A stretch of 64,000 nucleotides of DNA from an uncultured bacterium (GTDB lineage Bacteria; Chlamydiota; Chlamydiia; Chlamydiales; Rhabdochlamydiaceae): positions 6,713-70,712 of the forward strand of contig CAYTOK010000006.1 of assembly GCA_964439595.1 (NCBI GenBank), read 5' to 3'. The notes under the pieces are model-generated. The model was not told where the DNA came from. It did no database searches and saw only the letters and a list, made by a program, of their open reading frames with translations. This document shows, piece by piece, positions 47,991-57,200 of this stretch; positions within the stretch are counted from its first letter, which is position 1; each line of letters opens with the position of its first letter. The position numbers and the translations under genes were made by a program.

Positions 47991-50363
47991 ATGACAGATC
48001 CCGTTGTTACCGTTGCTTTAGTAAATCCCATTCCAAGAAGCTTGCATTTTTATAAGGCTCCTCCGAGTTATCCCGGGCTTTTCCTTGTTCAGCCGAGTCC
48101 AAATGCTGTTATGGCTCCTTTAGGCCCTGTGCAAGATCTGCAACCCTCAGAATATGTCGCAGCAGCGGCCATTATTCAATCATTTAAAGTTCTCTCCGAG
48201 GCTGTCTTAGCTTATTCTCCGACGCTGCCGGGCCAGCCCGCACTACCAAAGCCCTCTTTAAAGACGTTAGAAGAGTTTAAAGGGGCTCTATTGAAATTAC
48301 AGGCTGAAATAAAAATAGCTTTTGAAAACAAGCCTCCCACGGCTTTTCCTAAAGAATTCCTTTCCGTGTTTGTCCAAATTACTGCACTTCTTGAACAAGT
48401 GGAGGTCTTAATTAAGCAAGAACCACCTAACACCGAAAAGCCTGTGCAAACTCCACAAAGCCCTATTTTACGGGGAGAAAGTACTCAACCGCCACAAACT
48501 CCGCAAAGTCCTGTTTTGCGAGGGGAAAGTAATCAACCGACGCAGACTCCTCAAGGTCCTGTTTCACGAGGAGAAAGTAATCAACCTGTACTTCCTAGAG
48601 CTACTCCTCTTCCTTTAGGACCTAATTTACAGGAATTAGCTTTACCTAATTCTCCTCCTCCAAGGGAAAAAGAGCCCCCTATTTTAACACCTAAGCAAGC
48701 GCCCTTTTTAAAAGAACCTTTCGTACAAAAACCAAACCAGGAACCTACTGCTTTACCAAGACAAGAACCTATTTTAAGTCCTGTAAAACCAGAGGTGGGA
48801 GCGCAAGAAGTAAAGCAACCTGTAGTACAGCAAAAAGAACTCCCGAAAGAAGTGGAAATAATTCCAAGACCTATTTTACCCTCTTTACCTCCTGGAAAAC
48901 CAGCTCCTTCGACCGGAAATATTCCACCTCCTTTAAAAGAAGGGCAACCTCCAACAGAAAATCCTCCATTAGAGGAATTACAAAAAAACATTCCTATTTT
49001 AATACAGAGTCTTGTGAAAGCCTTACCAGCAGCCCCAAAATCGGCTGTTAATCTTCAACCGCAGTTTGAGTCTTTTATTAAAGAGCCCGTTTTAACGTTA
49101 CTTACTAAAGAAGTTCTCTTGCCCTCACCATTACCTTTTGCTAGTAAAGCACAAATTAAAGAACAACCCCCTTTCCAATCTCCTATAAGAAATGAAATCA
49201 TACAACCCCCTAAAGTTTTTGTGGCAGAACCAGCTGTGATTCAAAGAACTTATCCTAATTATGTGCCGGGAATAATTACGCCGGCGCCGATTAAAGTAGC
49301 CGCGCCGATTAATGTGCTTGCTCTACCTCTTTCTTTTGAAGTGCCTTTTGTAGTCGGTAATAAAATTGTTCCTCATATGGAAACAGTTATGAGAACACCT
49401 CCTTTTTCTACAGAGATTCCTTTCGCCTTTATCGTTCCTTATACCCCCGCTTTTCCTATAATAACATCGGCACCGTCTCCTATGAAAATAAAAAGAGAAG
49501 TAGCTAGTGAGGGAGAAGAAGACCAGGTGGGAGAAGGAGAAATGAGCATTCAACTACTTGCTTATGTACCAGAAGGACCCACTTGGTACGGAGATCCTTT
49601 CGAAGAGGGTGCTATAGATGAACGGCCTCTTAGAGTTCTTCCTTTAAAGAAATTTGCTATAGGAGTTTATTTAGTAACTAATGAGCAATTTGTTGAGTTT
49701 TTGAATGCTGAATCAAAAAATGGAAAATTGCACCAAGGAGAAAAAGGATTTATTTTTTCTGCAGAAGGAAAGCTACTTTGTCAGGTGAAAAATGGCAATC
49801 CAGCAAGTGATATTGAAGTAGAGGCTCATAAGAGATATCTAGGATTTAAAGTAACAGAAGGCAAAGAATCTTATCCTATCATCTGCGTTACTTATTTTGG
49901 CGCAGCCTCTTTTTGTGAGTCAGGAGGATTTAGGTTGCCAACAGAGGTAGAGTGGGAAAAGGCTGCTTCCATTATAGTAAATGAAGAGAGAAATCCTACC
50001 CAGAAGTTTCGTTACGGCTTTAGCCAAGATGCTATTGATGCTTCTTTGGCAAGCTACGGAGCCAATAACCCGAAAGATCACGCCCTGGATGCGCAGTCAA
50101 CACCTGTTGGCTTTTATAATGGAAAAAACATCTGTACAAAAGGGGGGCATACATTTCCCACGTCTAATGCAGTTAGTCCTTTTGGTTGTTACGATATGAG
50201 TGGCAATGTTTGGGAGTGGACTACAACAGCAGATGGAGAAAACCGAATTATTAAAGGAGGATGCTTCCAGAGCTCTGAAAAAGAGTTAAGGGCATCTGCT
50301 AGAGCTTGGAAAAAAGAAGGCTCTCTTGATAAATTTACAGGGTTTCGCGTAGCTATTTCCTAG
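47991..50363 (+). CDS. Proline-rich protein with a C-terminal FGE-sulfatase (SUMF1/EgtB/PvdO-type) domain
   Basis: 790 aa. Roughly the first 500 aa are Pro/Gln-rich and low-complexity. The C-terminal domain carries VYLVTNEQFVEFLN, YPIICVTYFGAASFCESGGFRLPTEVEWEKAA, SPFGCYDMSGNVWEWT, IKGGCF and FTGFRVA. Confidence 0.8.
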   Translation: MTDPVVTVALVNPIPRSLHFYKAPPSYPGLFLVQPSPNAVMAPLGPVQDLQPSEYVAAAAIIQSFKVLSEAVLAYSPTLPGQPALPKPSLKTLEEFKGALLKLQAEIKIAFENKPPTAFPKEFLSVFVQITALLEQVEVLIKQEPPNTEKPVQTPQSPILRGESTQPPQTPQSPVLRGESNQPTQTPQGPVSRGESNQPVLPRATPLPLGPNLQELALPNSPPPREKEPPILTPKQAPFLKEPFVQKPNQEPTALPRQEPILSPVKPEVGAQEVKQPVVQQKELPKEVEIIPRPILPSLPPGKPAPSTGNIPPPLKEGQPPTENPPLEELQKNIPILIQSLVKALPAAPKSAVNLQPQFESFIKEPVLTLLTKEVLLPSPLPFASKAQIKEQPPFQSPIRNEIIQPPKVFVAEPAVIQRTYPNYVPGIITPAPIKVAAPINVLALPLSFEVPFVVGNKIVPHMETVMRTPPFSTEIPFAFIVPYTPAFPIITSAPSPMKIKREVASEGEEDQVGEGEMSIQLLAYVPEGPTWYGDPFEEGAIDERPLRVLPLKKFAIGVYLVTNEQFVEFLNAESKNGKLHQGEKGFIFSAEGKLLCQVKNGNPASDIEVEAHKRYLGFKVTEGKESYPIICVTYFGAASFCESGGFRLPTEVEWEKAASIIVNEERNPTQKFRYGFSQDAIDASLASYGANNPKDHALDAQSTPVGFYNGKNICTKGGHTFPTSNAVSPFGCYDMSGNVWEWTTTADGENRIIKGGCFQSSEKELRASARAWKKEGSLDKFTGFRVAIS
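48447..48590 (+). repeat. 3 x 48-nt in-frame tandem repeat
   Basis: QTPQSPILRGESTQPP / QTPQSPVLRGESNQPT / QTPQGPVSRGESNQPV. Units start at 48447, 48495 and 48543. Confidence 0.9.
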
Positions 50364-50429
50364 AATATTTTTCACAAATCTACCATACCCGTTAGCAGGG
50401 CTTTTAGAAAAGATAACTTTTAAAAGAAA

Positions 50430-50452
50430 GAGGGCTTCAGGTTGAAGCCCTC
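50430..50452. terminator. Bidirectional terminator hairpin between convergent genes
   Basis: A 10-bp perfect GC-containing stem GAGGGCTTCA / TGAAGCCCTC with loop GGT, flanked by A-rich sequence on both sides. Confidence 0.6.
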
Positions 50453-50461
50453 ATAAAGTAT

Positions 50462-50632
50462 TTAAGCCTCGTCTTCAAGTAAGGCTTTAGCAGCAAGCTT
50501 TAAACTTTCAATCCCTTCAGGAAATCCACATTTTACTAGTAACTCCTGTAAAAAAGCCATTTCCGTTTGCATGTAATCCATCTTGGTTTCTAAGCAGGCT
50601 ACCTCTGTTAACAAAACAGCCACTGTTTTCAT
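50462..50632 (-). CDS. Small hypothetical protein (56 aa), paralog of 50659..50841; absent from the ORF track
   Basis: My translation is MKTVAVLLTEVACLETKMDYMQTEMAFLQELLVKCGFPEGIESLKLAAKALLEDEA. It shares LL(V/K)(K/R)CGF..GI..LKLA.K.(L/V)L with the neighbouring 60-aa ORF. Confidence 0.55.
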   Translation of the reverse strand: MKTVAVLLTEVACLETKMDYMQTEMAFLQELLVKCGFPEGIESLKLAAKALLEDEA

Positions 50633-50658
50633 AAAATACTCCTTGTTATTATTTATTA

Positions 50659-50841
50659 TTATAAAACATCACCTGCTTCTCTACTTTTTAAAACTTCCTT
50701 TAAGGCCAATTTTAAAGTCCTTATTCCGCCTCGAAAACCACAACGTTTAAGCAGGTCATCTATGCACTGCAGTTCTGTTTCTAAAACATCCAACTTCGAC
50801 TCTGAAATAGCTAACTCAGACATTAAATATTTATCTTTCAT
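50659..50841 (-). CDS. Small hypothetical protein (60 aa), tandem paralog
   Basis: MKDKYLMSELAISESKLDVLETELQCIDDLLKRCGFRGGIRTLKLALKEVLKSREAGDVL. Helical N-terminal half and a conserved C-terminal CGF..GI..LKLA motif. Confidence 0.55.
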   Translation of the reverse strand: MKDKYLMSELAISESKLDVLETELQCIDDLLKRCGFRGGIRTLKLALKEVLKSREAGDVL

Positions 50842-51202
50842 ATTACTCCTATTAGTTATTATACACTCAATTATAACGTTAATTAAAATTTAAATCAACG
50901 CAAATGTTAAAGAATTATTAAGAAAACAAACGAACTAAAAACAGTAAGTCGTTAATTGTAAGAGCAATATAAAAATCAAAAAAAACACTTCCCTTGGCAA
51001 CACGAAAAATATCAGTTAATACCGCTTTTTTAAATAAGGTGTTCTCCTTAAGAACGGACTCAAAAAAAACCTAGCATCAATTATTTGTATAACATTAAGA
51101 ATTTTCGTAATTAAAATTAATTATTGATTCATTTAGTGTTTAAATAAATCATTCAATCATGCTAAACTTTATCAAATATAATATTAATTTTTAGGGAACG
51201 TC

Positions 51203-54200
51203 ATGGACACCAATACCTATGAATACTTCTATCAAAAAAACTGGAATACTTTCTTAGAAGAACTTGATACAAAATCCCGCGCAACCCCACCCGGTTTTCA
51301 ACAGAAAATACATAGGGCCTCCTACCATGCAATTAGGATGACCATTCGAACTATACAGACCGTAGCTAACGCCATCTTCTTTTCTTATAATAAGATTAAA
51401 GGAGCATTAGAGTATACTGCAATTCAAATAAAAAGAGTTTGCATTTTATTTTTAAATATGCCCCTTAACATAAAAAAAATATTATTTCCTTCTACCGCGG
51501 ATATTTTAGAAAAAAAAATTGAATCCTTTACTTATTTACTAGAAAAAGACTCGCATACAGGTTCAACTTTAAAGGAAATCAAAAAACTACCCCACGACGA
51601 AAAAAAAGAGCTCATGCTTGGTTGGCTTGAAAAATCCCTAGGTGAAGCTATCCAAAAACCTACTATCCAAACTCTTTATAAAAACATGAAACTTCTAGCT
51701 GAAGGAGATCTTCCCATAGAAGATCTAACAAAGCTTAGAGAAACCACAAGCGAAATAAGCAAAGAAAAAGCCACTAATTCTCGCTTTCCTCATATTTCAC
51801 AGGCGGTTGAAATCTTTATTCAAGCATTTGAGGTGGAAAGAATCTATGAAAACTCCATTACCCCTTCTTCTGTTCAAAAAAACTTTAAAATCTTATTAGA
51901 AAATCCCAATCTCTTAAAACGATCTGAAATTGCAAAATTAGTAGTAGAGGCTCCTTCTTCTTTACGCAGCGCAATTGAAGAAAAAAAAACAAGAGTTCAG
52001 CAGCGATTCATTCAATGCATCCATCAACAGGAACTGCATTTTCTAAAGCAATTACCTAGTTTATTAAAACAATTGTCCCTACAAGAAGTTCAGCAAAACT
52101 ATCTTTCTAAGGAAGAAGATATTTACTTAACACGCCGGATTAATTTAGTTAATAACCAAATTGAATCCCTAAACGAAGATGATACTACAGAAATAAGCTT
52201 TAAAAAATGCGTTCCCCTTTTTGAGAAGACTCATCTAATTCAGCAACAAGAAAAGAAAGAAAAAGCCGCCTCAGTTTGTAGGGAAATCAGTGAAAATATT
52301 ATTAGCCAAGCAAAAGAAACTGTTTATCAGTCCTCTTTAATGGTTTTTAAACCCATCAAAAAAAGAGTTGATTTAATATTCGAAATGTTGCCTCAAACAG
52401 CCAACTACAAGTTAGAAAAAACAAAAATCCTAAAAGATATTGAAAGCATAGAAAAAAAACTTAATCCCTCTAAATCCCTATCCTCAGTTTTCCCCTCCAT
52501 ACACAAAATTATAGATGAAATACAGGACCTAGAAAAAAAATTAATCCGAGATGAAGTATTAACGATATCTCATGTAGATAGCGTCAAAACGATTCTAATC
52601 GAATATCGCGGCTTTATTGAGAACGAAAGCAAGGTGCAACAAGGATCTTCTCCTTGGAAAGACCTTGCAGAAATAGACACCGTGAGCAAGAGGAATCACG
52701 ATCGCAAAAGTGGATTTGCCAAAGATGTACTTTGTTTAATTTTAGAAAAAATACCCAGTTGCCAGCTGCCCCTCCTTTTAGCCAAGCAAGATGCGAGAAA
52801 CCTATTTAACCGTAAAGAAAATCACCCCACACCTACAACAGGCGTGGAAAAAGAATTAGAAGATGCAGCCAAGGCGTTTATTAGTTCTTTGCAAAAAAAA
52901 CATAGCCCTCACATTGAAGCTATCCTTAGCTCTTTTACTGAATTTGCAGCAGGACTTGAAAAAGAAAAAGACTTAGAAATCATTCAAGAAGTTAAAGAAG
53001 CTGAAGAGCAAAAAGCCAACGAACCCGATTTTACAGATCTAGCAGCAAAACTAGATATAACAACAGAGCTAAATACCTGGCATACAAATCTTCAAGAAAT
53101 TTGGATACAGCACATATCAGAAGATCATAAAGAAAAAATCAAAGCTGCTAAAAGCGCCTCTGCGATGCAAAAAACCATGCTCGAATGTTTTAGCATATGG
53201 CTCCAAAAAACCACAGGGCACAACCCGAAAAAGCTCCCCTCTTTAGAAGAAATTGTTTTCTCTAGCAGTGAGGCTAAAAGAAACAGTGCCCTAAAGAAGT
53301 TAGCTACGCATGCCAAATTCAAAGAAGGTCTTCTCTCTTATTTACAAACTATAAGAACTAACCTTTCTAGCGAGCACGCGCAAAAAAAAACCCAAGCCCC
53401 AAGCAAAGGCTTTAGTTTAGAACTATCTTGCAACCCACCTAGGGAAATTGCTTCAGGAGCTTGGGGATTTGAAGAAAGCCATTTCGATAAGGATATTGGA
53501 AATGGCATAGTGGCCAACTTTGAAAATATTATCTCAAGCCTAAAAGCAATAAGAGACCGTCTCTCTACGGAGGGATTCACCTCTGAATTTGACTTTGAAT
53601 TAGCATGGATAAAAAGTCTTGATAGAAATCCCCGGTTAAAAAGCAATAAATCCATTTCTTGGATAACTTTAAGCATCTGCCAGAAGGCTGCTGCAAGTCA
53701 TTTTGCAAGTAATACCCCCACACCACCTGAAATTCTTGAAATATTCCTAAATCAATATAAAAATCTCGAAGGTAAATTTGCACTAGAAACACTCACAAAC
53801 TCCGGGCGCTCTAGTTTCTTAAAAACTCTACTTTTGATGGTTTTTTCAGAAGACCGTAATGTGGAAGTCACCTACAAGCAAAGATCGTATGCAATACAAT
53901 TGCTTAGCCTATCCGACCTTCCTCTAGCAGATATCGAAAAAATTAAAAGTAAGCTAGTGCCCACTTCATCAGATCCAAAATCACCTGCTACAGCTATCCT
54001 ACAAGAAGTAGGAGCGGCATTGCAAAAAACCTCCATTAGTCTAGAAGGAGTAGAAGAGAGTACTTTGCAAAAATCTTTCCAAAGAGCCGGTCTAGCTAAG
54101 AGCTCTGAAACAAGAGCTCTTCTTGATATATATCGAGCAAGAGCCGGGGAATCCCTCAGTTTACACCTTATGACTTACCTGGAAGGTCTTTCCTTAAGTC

Positions 54201-57200
54201 ATGATGAACAAAGAGAGCTAGCTGAAAGAGCACTTTGTAGAGCGTACTCTTTCAACCCTGAAGAAACACGATCCTATTTAATAAGTAAAACACCCCAAGG
54301 AGGCAGCTTTGGTAGCGTTGATCTAAAGACGTTAGCTACTCCCTTAGAAGTGTTTTTTTCTGATGTCGTTGCTAAAATTGATCCAAGTTACTATTTTTTC
54401 AACGCAGATTCTCCTAGAGAAAAAATAAGACTATTTAATGAAAAGCTCATAAACAGCAAAGAAACACACAAGATGTTGATGGGATATGCTAGAATCATTA
54501 CAGACCTAAGCCTATTAGCTAAGCAAGGCACCTTAGATGAAAATGATTTTTATCTCCTTTTTAGAAGTAAGCTAGCCTATCAAGACCTTAAAATAAACTA
54601 CTTTGAAGGCAAAAAAGCCATTGGAGGGTTTTTAAAAATAGCAACGGATTCTGCAGAATCAGAAATGGTCCAGTCAGCAGAAATAATCCAAAGACTCTTA
54701 GAAAAACCTACCTATCTAGAAAGAATCAGTGATCTTATAACTAAAAATGAAGGGATCGATTATGCAACTCAAATAATCGAAAGGTCTATTAAAAGTGGCA
54801 ATTCCGTATTAAGTTTTACCTTAACCAGTATCCCTGGTTTTGCTTCTCTTGGAGCGAAAATTCAAGTTGACATGGTGACAGGTGTTATTTATCAAAATGG
54901 AAGACAACAAATAAATCTCCCTCCTAAGCTACAAAACCATCCAGATACACGCTTTTTACAAATACATACCTTCCCCTATACATGGGATACGAGCGAAAAT
55001 GCCTATATCTACTACACAAAAGAAAATGGAAAAAATATCCCCCAAGTTCTTGTAAAAGAAGTGGGCGATGACACCCCCCCTGTCATAAAAAAAAGACTCT
55101 CTGTAGGATCTAGAGAGTTACTTCTACAATTTGTCCCCAAAGAGCAGATTAAATTCCCCAAAGTAGCACTACACCGCATGGGAATCAAAAACTTCTGGCA
55201 AAAAGCTGAAGGAGAGCTTTTAGGATACGACACAAAGGGAAATCTAGTTGCTACCTTTAAAAAAGATAATAAAAGCGAAAGCTATGTTATAACGACTCCG
55301 CAAGGAATAAGGTATCGATTTTTAAAACAAGAAAGCCTTTCATCCTATAAAAGCCATCCTGTTTTATCGCGCCTTCTGAGTGTTTTCTCTTCTGAAGAGA
55401 TTCTTATAGAAGAAAAGGGAAAAGAATTTTTCGTCCCCGCTATTAGTCTAACGATAAAAGAAGAACAAACACCTGAATCTACCCGCTGGGTTTTAGAACT
55501 TAAAGGAATGACAAAAAAAATTCTAGACACAAGTTCTGAAGGATCTTCCTCACTCATTGTAAAAAATGACATCAATAGCCAAGAGCTTGAGGGAACTCGA
55601 AAAGAATTACTAGAAACAACCGTCCGCCTTGATTTACAACTGCAAAAAGAAAGTTCTCTTTCTTCTAAATACAATATACGCCAGCTTGAAAAAAAAATAG
55701 AAATGCTCCAAGAGAAAATCGCTACTATAGAAGAAAAGCTCTTTTTATCAACACTACCTGAAAACACCGACTACCTGAATGAAACAGCTATTTTAGAAAT
55801 GGTTCCAGTCTCTATACGACCGTCTCCAAGAGGACTTGTTAATGCAACAGAAATTTTCTCATCCCTATTAAATTTCTTACGGAAAAACAACTCTTTAAAT
55901 CCTTTTGACCCAGAAATCCTCTCCTCATATCTTGCAGTGAAAGAGACCTATGAAAAAGAGTGCGATACAGAATTAGAAGCTGTTTTCTTCTCTAAATCCA
56001 TAAATGACACAGGTCTCTTCACAAGAAATTTATCAGGAGCTCTTAAAATCACGTATATGAGCTTTGCAAAAGGTAGCGAAGCTGCTATCCCAGCAGAGAC
56101 TCTGCTTATAGAAGAGCTAGCAAAATACCCCTTAGATAAATCTTTAAAAAGCTCTGAGCTGCTCTTACTACAAAGAGCAATAGCTGCTTTAGATAACAGA
56201 ATAGAACCTCTTGAGGAATATCTTCAACTAAGCTCCTACTTAAATTTCATGCTCTATCTACATTTTTCCTATAAAAAAAGAGAATTTGCTACAATAACCC
56301 TTGGGGATAAGGTAGCAGAGAGGAATTCTGTTGAGCGTTCTTTTGAAGAAACTCTAGAAAACTGTACAGAATGCATAAGTCTTCTAGCCCCACCTTTCCA
56401 TTTACATAAAAGCCTACTAGACATCTGGGCAAAAACCAATTTATGTGGACCTCCTACAAACTCAGAAATACTAGAGACAGAGGAAGCTTCCATTACACAA
56501 AAAGAAAAACCTCTAGTACTAAAACAGATGCAGTTTTTCAGCTCGCAATCTCTTTTAGAAAGATTATTTTCGGTAGATATCATTAGTTCTATTCATAAAG
56601 AAGCCTCTTCTGAAATCTCAAGTGAGCAAAAAAGCCTGATACGATCCTTCCTTATCCATAGCAAAGATCAGGTAATTGGATTCTATCTTGAAGAAATGGG
56701 TCATTTTAATGCTGATGGTTTATACGCTGAATTTAAAGTAAATGAAGAAACAGGCAAAGCACTCTATGGGCTTACTAAAGATGATCTGAAAAACATTTTT
56801 ACATTCTTGGAAACAAAGGGCTATATTTCAAAAGCGGGAAGAGAAGCGAACTATTATCGATTATCTTCTGCTGAGATGGCAACAAAACAATTTGAAGCTG
56901 CTGAAATAAGAGCATTTCTTGCTGATAAAGCTCTTTCTGAAGAACAATTAAGTAAAACAACAGAAAAATTAAGAGCTTTTCTATATAGAGCCATGCAATC
57001 CGGATTTAAATTTTCATTTAGTGAAGGCTTTGAAGCAGAGCTTGATAAAAAGCTTGAAATAGAAAAAAAACTCCACCTTTCACAATACCTTGAAGCAGAA
57101 GCTATTTTACACGCCGGTCTATCTACTCATAAAGTATCCTGGACAGAGCTAAAATACGCCGTACTATCGGGAGATTACGGTAAATTTCCTATCGCCGATG

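Noticed and set aside
48581-48991. 136-aa Gly-rich minus-strand ORF
   Set aside because: It is the mirror image of the Pro-rich coding region (CCN codons read as GGN) and is not an independent gene.
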